Both the position numbers and the translations under genes were made by a program. 64,000 bases of DNA, from the IMG/VR virus record IMGVR_UViG_3300013006_001224; one strand, 5' to 3'. Below are positions 27,250 through 38,022 of this stretch, piece after piece. Position 1 is the first letter of the stretch. The number at the start of each line of letters is the position of its first letter. This DNA is from an uncultured virus (IMG/VR IMGVR_UViG_3300013006_001224). Its lineage: Duplodnaviria; Heunggongvirae; Uroviricota; Caudoviricetes. A model generated the notes under the pieces. The model worked only from the letters and a program-made list of their open reading frames with translations. It was not told where the DNA came from and ran no database searches.

Positions 27250-29034
27250 CTATTCAGGGAAACTTGCACCTGTTGGTAGAACATTGAAATCAACAATAAT
27301 AAATTCAGCCGTTTTAGCAGGTTGAAGGAATATTTGACCTCTCATTTCATTTCTATCAATTACATCAGGAGTATTAGTTGTCTCATCCATTACTACTTTG
27401 AATGCATACAAACCTTGACGTTGTTGAATGTTATCAAAATAAGGATTAACAATGCTCAAGAATCTGTTTCTAGTAGCAGCCGTATTATTTTCAAATACTA
27501 GGTACTTGGTGCTTGAAGCAATAAACTTCTTAGCAGCAATCAATAAACGACGTACATTTACACGATCCAAAGCAGATGATTTCTTTTGCAAAGTCTTTTG
27601 ACCAAATACAACAACACCGCTATTAGGGAAAGTTGCAATTGGATTAACAGATGCATCATATAAACTATCTCTATTAGCTAGAGTCAATTTACGTTCGGTT
27701 TGAATTGCAATATCAATACCACCACGATTTAAACCTGCTGGTGCAAACCACGGAGCAGCTACTCGGTCATTGAATGCATATACACCTGGGATCAAGGTTG
27801 AAGCAGGAACCCATACATTCTTTCCTAGATCTGCATCTGGAATTTTAACCCATGGCCAATAAACAGCAGCATAGTTACTATCACGCGTTCCGGCAGCAGT
27901 TGCAGCAGTTGAAAGTGCAGCTCCATATTCTACTGGATCATATACTAAGAAGCAATCACCACGATCTTCTGCCATTCCTAATGCTTCTGAAATTACTACA
28001 GCATGATTAGGATAGTTATCAACCAATCCAGGTAACACTAATAAGTTAATATCATATTCATCTTGGTTCTTTAACAAACGAATTGCATCAATATAAGCAT
28101 TTAATCCAGTATTACCTGTAGCTAAGTTATATCCTTGCGTATTAGTATTGCTAATAGTTTCAAAGAATGCTTGTGGATGTTGAACAGTACCATCACTTCC
28201 TTGAGCAAATGTTCCTGATACAGCAGCCGGGAGAGATGCAGATGCAGCTCCTACACGAATATTACCGTTTGAATCTAAATAATTCAATGTAGACTTTACA
28301 GCCTCAACACGAATGTAACTAGATTTATTAGGGAATGAACCAGATAATTGAAGGAACGGATCTGTTCCGCCACTATCACGTACTGTATATACTTGGTCAC
28401 CTATTACTCTAGTAATAAAGCCAGGTGAATTAGGATCTAGAGTCAAATTATTAAATTGCTCTAAGATTGTTTTTCTACGAGATGTATCATCACCACGACG
28501 AACTGTCAATGTAAATGTACCTTTCGCAGTATTAACGGTAGACACTTCCCAACGAATATTGGTAGCACTTCCGCTTAATAAGATATTATTAGCTCCTTCA
28601 TCTGAACTAGTACCACGTCCTAATGTAGTCGATGCTACTGCTTGACCACTGTTTAATACAGCGCCATCAGCTAAAGTAGTTAATTTAAATGAATATCCAG
28701 CACCAATTGATTGAGTAACAAATGATGATGCCGGGCCATATGCTCCAGCTAACACACGTACTACTGTTAATGTATCTGCATATTTTAAATATTCTTGCGC
28801 GGCATAGTTAGTTAAATACTTGTAACTTCCTTCTGATGCTCCAGAACCACTAGTAAGTACTCCACCAAACTTTTGTACAAACTCTGAATAGCTTGTAACA
28901 GTGGTAGGAATACCTGCTGGTCCTTTTGCAGTAGGTCCTATGATTGCAGCGCCAATTGCAGCAACTCCCGCAGGTAAAAACGACTGATCTACTTCATTCG
29001 TAAATACTCCGGGAGATATAATTTTTTCGGCCAT
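27250..29034 (-). CDS. Tail sheath protein (gp18-like)
   Basis: SPGVFTNEVD, PWFAPAGLNRG, GQKTLQ, DRVNVRRL, PAKTAEFI. Confidence 0.96.
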   Translation of the reverse strand: MAEKIISPGVFTNEVDQSFLPAGVAAIGAAIIGPTAKGPAGIPTTVTSYSEFVQKFGGVLTSGSGASEGSYKYLTNYAAQEYLKYADTLTVVRVLAGAYGPASSFVTQSIGAGYSFKLTTLADGAVLNSGQAVASTTLGRGTSSDEGANNILLSGSATNIRWEVSTVNTAKGTFTLTVRRGDDTSRRKTILEQFNNLTLDPNSPGFITRVIGDQVYTVRDSGGTDPFLQLSGSFPNKSSYIRVEAVKSTLNYLDSNGNIRVGAASASLPAAVSGTFAQGSDGTVQHPQAFFETISNTNTQGYNLATGNTGLNAYIDAIRLLKNQDEYDINLLVLPGLVDNYPNHAVVISEALGMAEDRGDCFLVYDPVEYGAALSTAATAAGTRDSNYAAVYWPWVKIPDADLGKNVWVPASTLIPGVYAFNDRVAAPWFAPAGLNRGGIDIAIQTERKLTLANRDSLYDASVNPIATFPNSGVVVFGQKTLQKKSSALDRVNVRRLLIAAKKFIASSTKYLVFENNTAATRNRFLSIVNPYFDNIQQRQGLYAFKVVMDETTNTPDVIDRNEMRGQIFLQPAKTAEFIIVDFNVLPTGASFPE

Positions 29035-29101
29035 TAGTTTGCTCCTAATTTATTGTTAACACGTTTCATATAAATATCAAAGCAACTTGCCAAACACTAT
29101 A

Positions 29102-29383
29102 TTATTGTGCAGGATTCGGAATGAATTCTCCGGTTGCTACGTCTACAGTGCCTGACCCGTACTTTGTATTTAATTCTTGAAGTAATGTACGTTCTTGCGT
29201 TTGAAGATTTGTGTAATCTTGGCGTAGTGTTACCTTAGCTTCTTTTAACTGTTCAACATGTTGTTCTGTTAAAAATACTTCTAATTCCAATTGACCAAAC
29301 TCTAATATCTTAGCTTCATATGATTTACGCAGGTTAGATAATTGATCCAATTCTTCTGGTGAAAACTTTGTTGTTTCTGACAT
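29102..29383 (-). CDS. Coiled-coil hypothetical protein
   Basis: FGQL...L..KYG.G.VD..TGEF. Confidence 0.75.
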   Translation of the reverse strand: MSETTKFSPEELDQLSNLRKSYEAKILEFGQLELEVFLTEQHVEQLKEAKVTLRQDYTNLQTQERTLLQELNTKYGSGTVDVATGEFIPNPAQ

Positions 29384-29428
29384 AACTATTCCTTTTTTTT
29401 AATTTAATATAAATATGATAATCTTTAA

Positions 29429-31210
29429 TTAGAACATGGCTGTCCAGGTAGCACCATTCCAAAAATATGGTTTAATACCGGTAGCTGATCCAGATACTAT
29501 AATTGAGCCTGATGCTATACCGGTTGGTGTAGTTGTCCTCGGCGTTAATGTCAATATAGTATCAATTGTAGTAGACCCGGATATTGTAGTGTTGCCTTTT
29601 ACATTGAACGAGCCGGTTATATTTGCAGTTGACCCTGACAATATTAATTTTGAAGATGACCCCGATAGTATTAACTGTTGAGATGATTGTATTCTAGAAT
29701 TAGCTGGGCCAGAAAAGTTTATAGTACTTTCAGTTTCTCCTAATGTACTACTGGCTACTGTTGTGTTAATTCCATACCCACCTACTCCACTCATTACCAT
29801 AAATCCTGGTGATACTGCTGAAGAGTTACCTGATGGATTGTCGACAGTAAGTTTCATTTCATAGAAATCATTATCTCTAATTCGAATACCACCATATGAA
29901 AGCATGTTTATATATCCTGTACTAACATCTGGTATGGTAGGTAATGTTAAACTACCACTTACAGCTAAACTTCCGCTTATTAATGCGTTACCTGTATATG
30001 GAAATGCAGAACTACCTGGGGCATATGAAGCTGATAAAGCTTGTAATGCATACGATCCTGTACCACGTAATGATCCGGTAAACGATGCAGATATCGATGA
30101 AACTACTAATTGATTGATACCTAGATCATATTTGTAATTTGGGGATGATATAGCATATACATCTACATCGCCAGTGTAATTACTACCTATAAGAGGATAA
30201 AATGTGCCACCACCGGCTATATTTGCAGTCTTTAATTTATTAGCTACACCGGAACGATCTGCATATGAAGCTGTGCCGAATATAGAGCCTGTTGTTAATG
30301 CTACTGTTCCAGATTGGTTTGGTAACTCATATTGTTTACTTCCAGTTACAAACGATGCTCCTATTGTAACTAAACGAAGGCCAATTTGCCCGAAGGTTAT
30401 GTTATCTGCTTGGGCAGTTAGCGAAATGTCACTGCCGGATACGCGTAGACCGCCGTCAGTCGTACCTATGTTAATATATTCGCTTTGAGCACTATCCCAT
30501 ACACTTACACTATTGACATTAATGTTGTTTGTCGTAGTCGACCCTAAGTTTGTTACTTGCTGCAGGTTTACTGCTGCATAAGATGCAGTACCTTGAAGTG
30601 AAGCAGTAACTCCGCCTGCAACATTTAATGACCCTGTTATTTCGACTCTAGAGCCGCCTGCTGCATTTGATCTAAACGCTGCTTTATCGGCATATATATC
30701 TATCTTACCTTGAGTCGATATACCAATTAAATTAGATGTAGCAGTTGGTTGAGTTTGTATATATATAAAATCACTATGACTTTGACCGTCCGTACCTGAT
30801 GTCATAAACACATCATCATAATTAAATATATTTTTACTAACTTGGAATGTACTATAATTTGAACCCGAATATCCTATTTTTAAGCTACCAGATTGATTAA
30901 GTGGCCCTGTCATTTGTGTCGCGCCAGTTTGTACAAACGGCCCAATATTGGTTAACGTACCCGATCCACTAACAGTTAATGAACCGGTAATAATCGTACT
31001 ACCAGTAACAGTTAATGACCCAGTAATAATTTGATTTCCGTTGAAAGTATTAGATCCTGTTACTGCAAATGATCCGGTAGATACAGCTGTAACTACTGTA
31101 GATCCATTTGATGTAATTGACCCTGACGTTATGATATTACCATTTAAAGTAAATGACCCTGTGACATTAACTGACCCTGTGACATTTAACGAACCCGATA
31201 GTGTTGGCAT
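29429..31210 (-). CDS. Fibre-like structural protein (xTGS beta repeats)
   Basis: Many ITGSL/VTGS repeats, GTASYA, C-terminal YFWNGATW. Confidence 0.7.
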   Translation of the reverse strand: MPTLSGSLNVTGSVNVTGSFTLNGNIITSGSITSNGSTVVTAVSTGSFAVTGSNTFNGNQIITGSLTVTGSTIITGSLTVSGSGTLTNIGPFVQTGATQMTGPLNQSGSLKIGYSGSNYSTFQVSKNIFNYDDVFMTSGTDGQSHSDFIYIQTQPTATSNLIGISTQGKIDIYADKAAFRSNAAGGSRVEITGSLNVAGGVTASLQGTASYAAVNLQQVTNLGSTTTNNINVNSVSVWDSAQSEYINIGTTDGGLRVSGSDISLTAQADNITFGQIGLRLVTIGASFVTGSKQYELPNQSGTVALTTGSIFGTASYADRSGVANKLKTANIAGGGTFYPLIGSNYTGDVDVYAISSPNYKYDLGINQLVVSSISASFTGSLRGTGSYALQALSASYAPGSSAFPYTGNALISGSLAVSGSLTLPTIPDVSTGYINMLSYGGIRIRDNDFYEMKLTVDNPSGNSSAVSPGFMVMSGVGGYGINTTVASSTLGETESTINFSGPANSRIQSSQQLILSGSSSKLILSGSTANITGSFNVKGNTTISGSTTIDTILTLTPRTTTPTGIASGSIIVSGSATGIKPYFWNGATWTAMF

Positions 31211-31225
31211 TTTATTTCCTTGTTA

Positions 31226-32491
31226 TTAAGATACTCTTATCATTATGAAACTTCCGTTTCTGTATAGTCCACCTATAGGTACACCTGCAGCAGCTGCTGC
31301 CGTATCATCTACAAAGTTTAAACTTTGTGCTACTTTAGGTAATACAATTACTGATGCACCTGAGCCTGATATTGAAAGTGACCCGGTGACGTGCACATTA
31401 TTTGTAAGTCTTGTAATACCCGCTACAGTTAATGTAGATACTAATGAAGTAGCCGGATCAATGAGAACAGCTGTATTACCGGAATCAAAAATACGGAACT
31501 GTGATGTCGGTGTGAAATTTACTATATCGCCTTTAAATTCAGTTGCACCGCCTGCGCCATGTGTTATAGTAATATATTTGTTTAATTCAATTGATGAGCT
31601 TGCAGCTACATTCCGTGACCGTAATGCAATAGTATACCAGTCAGATACATTAGGTTCTGTTTGCATTGATAAACTAGCTGTTGCATTGGCGAGTCCTGAT
31701 GCCGATACATAAAAGCTTTGAGATACAAACATCACTGCAGTACCAGGAGTTTCAAAAGTTAGTAGGGAATTTCCATTAGAATATCTAAATCTTTTAGTGT
31801 CCCAATTGAAGATTCTAATTTCATTAGAATCGAATAGGCTGCGGGCTTCCCAATCTATACTCGGTACTCCATTTGTATCATTAAATGCACGACTTTCCCA
31901 ATCTACACTTGTTACTGTTGACGAGTCATTTAATGTTCTACTTTCCCAATCTACGCTTGTTATAGTAGACGAGTCTTTTAATTGTTTAATCGTCCAATCA
32001 ACTGCAGTAACACCTCCTCTACTTAATGTACCCGTTGTAGTATCAATTGACGGGGCATTTCCTACTCCAGCTTGAAGAGATCCTGTTACTACCAGGCTAC
32101 CTGACATTCGTGAGCTACCGGTAATTTCTACAGCAGTAACTGTCGTGCTATTTGCAATATTACTTCTAAATCTAGCAGGACCTATATTTGTTAATGTACC
32201 CGAACCAGATACTGTCAATGACCCAGTTACTGTTAATGACCCAGATAATAATGCATTAGTACCATTAAAGGTAAAATTTGGCTCTGCAGTAAAAGTTCCA
32301 TCTCCGTCACTGGTAATAATTCTGTTATCAGCGTTATTAGCAATTGCAGGAGTAATATTACTTGCAGTTGCAACTGCCATTGATGATGTTACTGATAGGG
32401 GCAGAAAACTACCGGTAATAAATGTAAAGTTACCGTCTAGTTCGGCATATGTTAGTTCTGACCCTTTTACTAATCTCAGCGTAAGTGGCAT
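31226..32491 (-). CDS. Fibre-like structural protein
   Basis: N-terminal KGSELTYAELDGNF, xTGSL repeats, C-terminal DDTAAAAAGVPIGGLYRNG. Confidence 0.72.
   Translation of the reverse strand: MPLTLRLVKGSELTYAELDGNFTFITGSFLPLSVTSSMAVATASNITPAIANNADNRIITSDGDGTFTAEPNFTFNGTNALLSGSLTVTGSLTVSGSGTLTNIGPARFRSNIANSTTVTAVEITGSSRMSGSLVVTGSLQAGVGNAPSIDTTTGTLSRGGVTAVDWTIKQLKDSSTITSVDWESRTLNDSSTVTSVDWESRAFNDTNGVPSIDWEARSLFDSNEIRIFNWDTKRFRYSNGNSLLTFETPGTAVMFVSQSFYVSASGLANATASLSMQTEPNVSDWYTIALRSRNVAASSSIELNKYITITHGAGGATEFKGDIVNFTPTSQFRIFDSGNTAVLIDPATSLVSTLTVAGITRLTNNVHVTGSLSISGSGASVIVLPKVAQSLNFVDDTAAAAAGVPIGGLYRNGSFIMIRVS
31790..32010 (-). repeat. Five tandem 48-nt (16-aa) degenerate repeats
   Basis: SVDWESRxLxDSxxxx units; Trp codons at about 31801, 31849, 31897, 31945 and 31993. 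Confidence 0.85.
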
Positions 32492-32528
32492 AGTTTAATC
32501 CAATTATAAAGTTTTATATAAATATGTA

Positions 32529-33365
32529 TCAATATCCATTAGGCGGTGGATCAGTGATATTAACATTGAAACTATCTGTCTCGCCACTAAATACAACACG
32601 TTTAACTGAAAATTGTTTTAACATTGTAGATCTTTGCAATTCAAACGGCATTAGTAAAGAAGCTTTAACTGTTAATGGTAGTATTGCTCTAACAATACGT
32701 TCTTCACCTGGCCCGTTACTTTGTTCGAATGTATAATCTTGAATCTGTGTTACGAACTTCCATGTAGTACCCCAAGCATATCCGCCCGTTGGCATTATTT
32801 GTTCGATAAGGCTATTCATTTGCTCATTGTATTGAGTCCATAATGACAGTTCATATGATACCTCTACATATTCCGGCACTGATGATATATATAATTCACG
32901 TGATGGTCTAGTGTTTTGAGTCACTGAAAATCTATCATACTGATTTTTACGTGTATACTTACTTTGAAATACTAATGTATTACGTGAGTATTCATTGGTA
33001 CTAGTCGGATTCCAGTTGACATCTAACTTTTTCAAGGTATCACGTTCAATAATACTGTTACGCCTTAAGGCAATTACCGGTGTCATTAATTTACCGGACT
33101 GGTCTATCATATATCCTCGAGCGCGAACAGCTGACCATTTTTCTCCGCTAGCGTACTTTATTGGTACATCTATTATAGCATCATGTTCTACTATTTGTGG
33201 TTGTATTATATCTCGTAAGTATGATATAATTGCATAGTCCACATCATAAATAGTGCATTTAGGTGTTTTGATAGTGTCATTATCTCTACGAATATCATCT
33301 GCGCGATTTGGTTTAATGTTATCCGTAAATGTACTATATGTTCTCTTTAATGTTGGTTTAGCCAT
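32529..33365 (-). CDS. Tail completion / terminator protein (gp15-like)
   Basis: VPIKYA..EKW, P.Y..V.Y...LW......MN..IE; follows the neck genes. Confidence 0.7.
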   Translation of the reverse strand: MAKPTLKRTYSTFTDNIKPNRADDIRRDNDTIKTPKCTIYDVDYAIISYLRDIIQPQIVEHDAIIDVPIKYASGEKWSAVRARGYMIDQSGKLMTPVIALRRNSIIERDTLKKLDVNWNPTSTNEYSRNTLVFQSKYTRKNQYDRFSVTQNTRPSRELYISSVPEYVEVSYELSLWTQYNEQMNSLIEQIMPTGGYAWGTTWKFVTQIQDYTFEQSNGPGEERIVRAILPLTVKASLLMPFELQRSTMLKQFSVKRVVFSGETDSFNVNITDPPPNGY

Positions 33366-33898
33366 TACAAGTTCCTAGGTTTAGAACTAACTACGGAAGT
33401 GCCAGATCTGGTTTGTACTATGTTCAAGCCATTAATTTTAGTTATATGAGCTTCAATTATAACTGATATATCCATACCAAATGACCCACGTTCTGAAACT
33501 CCTATATCAGTTGCTTCATTTCTGCCGGCTACGTGTTCTTGACTCATAGCTTCATTATCAACTTCATAGTATTCCATATCCCAATAAATAATATCTCCAA
33601 TTTCTATAGCAATATTTTTATCGATAAGATCTGGTTTAAAGAATGAGAATAGTGCACTACGTGTAGTGTCAATACCAAAACCATCATCTGAAGCTGCGGT
33701 TGCTTCACGTGCAATTAGGCAATTCATACGAACCGGTTGGTAATATGTTTTACGGTCGCTTTCGCCGTATATATTAATATCAGTATTAGGTAGTGCTAAT
33801 TTATATAATACTACTTCAGTATCAATATATCTATTAATCAATTCACGGTTAAGCGAACGAAATAGACTCATATCTCTAGCACTGCCGAATAAAGCCAT
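33365..33898 (-). CDS. Neck / head closure protein (gp14-like)
   Basis: NIYGE..K, GD.I......YEV; position after gp13. Confidence 0.75.
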   Translation of the reverse strand: MALFGSARDMSLFRSLNRELINRYIDTEVVLYKLALPNTDINIYGESDRKTYYQPVRMNCLIAREATAASDDGFGIDTTRSALFSFFKPDLIDKNIAIEIGDIIYWDMEYYEVDNEAMSQEHVAGRNEATDIGVSERGSFGMDISVIIEAHITKINGLNIVQTRSGTSVVSSKPRNL

Positions 33899-33902
33899 TA
33901 TA

Positions 33903-35075
33903 TTATCCTACATAAATTTTAAGTGGTACAAAGTTCAATTGCGATTGCAATGCAGTTGCTTCCGCTTGCTTGCGTTCCAATTGCGATTGTCTAGACATAC
34001 TTTCTAAAGTATCTTTTATTTCTTGTATCAATGCATCTTTCTCTGTTTGAGCAGATGATATCAAATCAGCTCCATTTAAAGTAATTTCAGAATTGGGAAT
34101 TGGAATTGAAGAATACTTGCTACGTACCCAACCTAACAATTCTTTTGCTAATGCCAATGCATATCTACGAATCCACTGTCTCCCGACACTATTAACATTA
34201 CTGTATATTACTGATTGATATGGTACGTTAGAAAAGTCTGAAATATTACCAGTACCTTGTCCGGCTATATCCTTTAAAGGATTGCTACGGTCTGATTTTT
34301 TAATGTATTCAAACCATATCTTAGTAAATGCTCCGCCTGGTATTGGAAATACCCGTATTCTATTGTTATGCAATTCAAACGAATAAGCAGATCTACGTAC
34401 AAGGTCATTGAATTCAATTGCCTGTAAACGTAACAAGTCGGCATAGATAGGCATCATCATAAATGATACACCCGGCGAATAGTTTCCGAATCCAAAGGCG
34501 TCTAACATTTGTTGAGTACCTACACCTGATCCGATGAATGGGTCAAAGAATCTAGTTAATGCTGGCGGCGGATCATGATATACACGTTTAATTTCTATGG
34601 CATCTATACCAGGTGTTCCTGATTCCAATGTAACAATTGTCGGATCCGTAAGATCGTATATTTGTTTATTGTCTGTCATTGTGATACTACCAGTATACCA
34701 AGTAACATTTCCATTAGTGCCGGCTTCAACTCCATACTCTTCTGCCAACTTAATTATACCACCCATATTAGGTGATACAGTTTGACCAGTTAAATTGCTA
34801 CCAGTACTTGCACCGTAAAGATTTAACATGTTATCACGAATATTATAAGCATTTAGCTGTGCTCCATATTCGTTTATAGCTTCTTCGAAACATGTATATA
34901 GGTGTATATCCTGTAGTTCTATCTCGCTAAGAGGATATCCTAAGCGTTGTGCACACCATTTAGCAATTTGATCTGCTTCAATTTGAAAATCATAGTCGTT
35001 ATCATAAATTCCGAAGGGAGTGCTACCAGGAAAGAATGATGAACTACCAGGCCATATAGGAATATTAACTGCCAT
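33903..35075 (-). CDS. Neck protein (gp13-like)
   Basis: RLGYP...IEL, WIRRYALALAKELLG.VRSKY, TLNG. Confidence 0.85.
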   Translation of the reverse strand: MAVNIPIWPGSSSFFPGSTPFGIYDNDYDFQIEADQIAKWCAQRLGYPLSEIELQDIHLYTCFEEAINEYGAQLNAYNIRDNMLNLYGASTGSNLTGQTVSPNMGGIIKLAEEYGVEAGTNGNVTWYTGSITMTDNKQIYDLTDPTIVTLESGTPGIDAIEIKRVYHDPPPALTRFFDPFIGSGVGTQQMLDAFGFGNYSPGVSFMMMPIYADLLRLQAIEFNDLVRRSAYSFELHNNRIRVFPIPGGAFTKIWFEYIKKSDRSNPLKDIAGQGTGNISDFSNVPYQSVIYSNVNSVGRQWIRRYALALAKELLGWVRSKYSSIPIPNSEITLNGADLISSAQTEKDALIQEIKDTLESMSRQSQLERKQAEATALQSQLNFVPLKIYVG

Positions 35076-35126
35076 GTGTCATACCTTTCTTATAAATATC
35101 CGTACGGATGATTATAACATCGGTTG

Positions 35127-35453
35127 TTACGGAGTAACTAGATCTACTGGCGCAGGTGGAGTATATTTCTCAAATGTACTGGCACTATTAATGGCATTTG
35201 CATTTTCTAGATTAGCAATTACATATGTATCTAATGCATCAATTAATTGACTATATGCATCCGTAATAGAGGCGTTATACGTTAAAGTGTTCTTATCAAT
35301 ACTTTGATAACCGACTGCGCCGTTACCTCCAATATGAACGTCCATTGCTATCTGTCCGGCATATGTTAAATGCGGTACTAGAGTTAGTAATGGAGAATCA
35401 TAAATTAAACCTGTTTGTGGATTCTGAAAAAATCCTGTTACTTTAACTGCCAT
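35127..35453 (-). CDS. Hypothetical protein
   Basis: 108-aa ORF with its own late motif at 35469. Confidence 0.7.
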   Translation of the reverse strand: MAVKVTGFFQNPQTGLIYDSPLLTLVPHLTYAGQIAMDVHIGGNGAVGYQSIDKNTLTYNASITDAYSQLIDALDTYVIANLENANAINSASTFEKYTPPAPVDLVTP

Positions 35454-35477
35454 GTTATTCCTTTTGTTATAAATATA

Positions 35478-36815
35478 TTATGCTAATCCAAATCTAGTTT
35501 TTGTAGCGTTGTAGTTTTGAGTAATTTCTTGCGCTGACAAAGCTCTGTTATATAATCTTAAGGTGCCTATTTCAAATGGTCTAGGAGAAGGTGGTGCTGC
35601 ATTAAAGTTAACAGTGCCTGTAGTGGAAGACCCAGTATGGTATAAATTTAAGTTTGAAAAATTTTTACTGTCTCCTTTTTGAACTCCGTTTATGTAAAAA
35701 GATCCGGTGCTGTTGTTTATTGTAAATACAATATGATTCCAACTTCTAGTCTGGAAAACTTGGCGATACTGACTTTCACCAAAATTATTTCCCCCTCCGC
35801 CAAAACCACCAGCAGTGTTTCCAAAGCAAGTATAAGTAAAACTACTACCATTACTTCTATTATCATATGAAAACCAAATCCCTCGATTAGGTGTACCAGG
35901 AGCAGTATCTGGAGCTCCTTTAAAAAATATATACATTAAACTTCCTGAGTTTGTGGTGTAATCTAATGATGTAAATTTAACCCATACTTCTCCACTCATG
36001 CTACTTCCACTTATGTTGAGTGTAGGAGAAGCTTGGTATGTTAATGTTGGAGCTCCACTATATGATCCTAAAAAAGATATAGTACCAGCATTGTCAGGAG
36101 TCCATGTTGGTCTGTTAGTTGAAAATGAGCCTGTATTTCCATTAGCTGATAAGTCAGGAGCATATCTGATTGTGGTAGGGATGTCGTTTGGTGGTGTAGC
36201 TGCTGCTCCTGCTTCAAATTGTGGTTTCCATAAAAGAATCCTTTCTCCGTTGACTTTATTTCCTCCTAAACCATTTGCTATATCAAAAAATACACTAAAA
36301 GAATGTATAGAGGAAGAAAGCATTACACTAGTAGCTACTCTATACCAACCACTTCCAACATTAGTGACAGTTTGAGATAATGTAGTAGCAGCAACTCCTC
36401 CTGTAGAGCCTGTAGGGGCAAAATTGCTTTGTATAGCATATTCAGGAGCTACTCCGGAGACAGATTGCGCACTGTCATAAACTCCAGGTTGAAATAATCC
36501 TGCTGTGCAATTTCCTTTATTGACATACACAGACAAAGTATATGGGCCACCAGCTATTGAAGAAGTAAAACTATCTGCAGTTAGTCTAACTAATGAACTA
36601 GAATCAGTTATAGTCATTGCAAACGCAGTATTTGTACCATCAGGAGCAGTACCTGCGCTAGCTGTTATTTGGCATCTAAGTTTAGACCAATAACCATTTG
36701 TTAAATCAGTAGTGTAATTAAATAAATTGCGAGATGTAGGGTATCTTGAATTAGCAGGGTCTACCCACAATACTAATCCATTAGTAACAATACTATTTCT
36801 TGTGTTTACAGCCAT
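35478..36815 (-). CDS. LamG/ConA-like lectin-domain virion protein
   Basis: IVTNGLVL..D, GWYR carbohydrate-binding-like insert, WNHIV, YINGV, YNRALS.QEI.QNYNA.K.RFGL. Confidence 0.85.
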   Translation of the reverse strand: MAVNTRNSIVTNGLVLWVDPANSRYPTSRNLFNYTTDLTNGYWSKLRCQITASAGTAPDGTNTAFAMTITDSSSLVRLTADSFTSSIAGGPYTLSVYVNKGNCTAGLFQPGVYDSAQSVSGVAPEYAIQSNFAPTGSTGGVAATTLSQTVTNVGSGWYRVATSVMLSSSIHSFSVFFDIANGLGGNKVNGERILLWKPQFEAGAAATPPNDIPTTIRYAPDLSANGNTGSFSTNRPTWTPDNAGTISFLGSYSGAPTLTYQASPTLNISGSSMSGEVWVKFTSLDYTTNSGSLMYIFFKGAPDTAPGTPNRGIWFSYDNRSNGSSFTYTCFGNTAGGFGGGGNNFGESQYRQVFQTRSWNHIVFTINNSTGSFYINGVQKGDSKNFSNLNLYHTGSSTTGTVNFNAAPPSPRPFEIGTLRLYNRALSAQEITQNYNATKTRFGLA

Positions 36816-36816
36816 A

Positions 36817-38022
36817 TTATGATAATCCGAATCGTGATTTGAGTGCGTTGTAGTTTTGTGTGATTTCTTGTTGAGAGAGTGCTCTGTTGTATATTTGAGT
36901 AAATCCTATATTTCCATTAAATCCTTGACTACCTAATGGAGATGTATAAGCTCCTATTGTAAATAATGATGTGGATCCGGATGCAGCATATATAGATGAT
37001 GTATTATATGTTCCATTAACATAACTACTAAAACTAGAGCTATCCCAAGTTAATGCAACATTATACCAAACTCCTGAAGGAGATGATCCTTTACCATGGG
37101 ATACTCCTGGGTTACCACGGGTAAAACTAAATGCACCATCAAAACGATATATATAAAATCTATCTGAGTTAGTTCCAAAGGCTGCAAGTATATACCCGGC
37201 AGATGTACCTATAGGGTACACCCACATATTAATTGTGCCTCCTGAATCTTGTAATATATTGCTATCAACTCTAGCATAACTACTTGTTCCATTAAATTGT
37301 AAAACACGATTATTAGCTGATGGGAAAGTAGGAATACTTCCTGAGATACTAGAACTTGCTAGAGTTGCTGTATTGTTGTTCCCAGATAAATCAGACCATG
37401 TATTTCTTCTTCCATTTGTAGATGTACTTATAATGTATGGAGTAGCATATGAAGTTGCTTCCACTTGAGCACCCCAAACATACCACGTTGCTGTAGAACC
37501 AGAAGTAGCAGCACCCGTTCTTCCAGCATATATTTGTATTATGTCACCTGGGGTAATCTCCGTAGTTTGAGTGTATGATAAACGAAACCAATCGTTCCCA
37601 ACATCTTGCACTGTCCATCCTGTAGCAGAACTACTTATACTATATTGAAAACTAAGACCTGTAAAATTAGTTGAAGTTGTGTTGTTTCTTAATAAAAAAG
37701 ACCGAAAAGTAGCTGTTCCTTTTTTTGTATATATTGAATATGTAATTGTAGGAGAGGTTGCTATAATATTAGGTTGCGATATAGTTGATGGGTTTAGGTA
37801 AGCATTTGTCTCATCTATTAATGTTGCTGTAGGAGTTCCGTCAGGTGCTGTGGAGCCAGTTGTAATTGTATCATAAGTACTTTTATTCCATATGGATTGG
37901 GAAAAATTTTGGCTCCATAAAGCTAGGTTTACTGTAGGATCTACAGGTATAGATTTAGAATTTAAAGCATCTAAATTTAATACTAATCCGTTTGTTACTA
38001 TGGTAGGTGTTCCGTATATCAT
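36817..38022 (-). CDS. LamG/ConA-like lectin-domain virion protein
   Basis: Same architecture as its neighbour, with a TAPDGT...WFR...WGAQVE insert. Confidence 0.85.
   Translation of the reverse strand: MIYGTPTIVTNGLVLNLDALNSKSIPVDPTVNLALWSQNFSQSIWNKSTYDTITTGSTAPDGTPTATLIDETNAYLNPSTISQPNIIATSPTITYSIYTKKGTATFRSFLLRNNTTSTNFTGLSFQYSISSSATGWTVQDVGNDWFRLSYTQTTEITPGDIIQIYAGRTGAATSGSTATWYVWGAQVEATSYATPYIISTSTNGRRNTWSDLSGNNNTATLASSSISGSIPTFPSANNRVLQFNGTSSYARVDSNILQDSGGTINMWVYPIGTSAGYILAAFGTNSDRFYIYRFDGAFSFTRGNPGVSHGKGSSPSGVWYNVALTWDSSSFSSYVNGTYNTSSIYAASGSTSLFTIGAYTSPLGSQGFNGNIGFTQIYNRALSQQEITQNYNALKSRFGLS

Noticed and set aside
31790..32010. Regular 48-nt periodicity as a possible CRISPR array
   Set aside because: Units are degenerate, in frame and protein-coding; no spacers or cas genes
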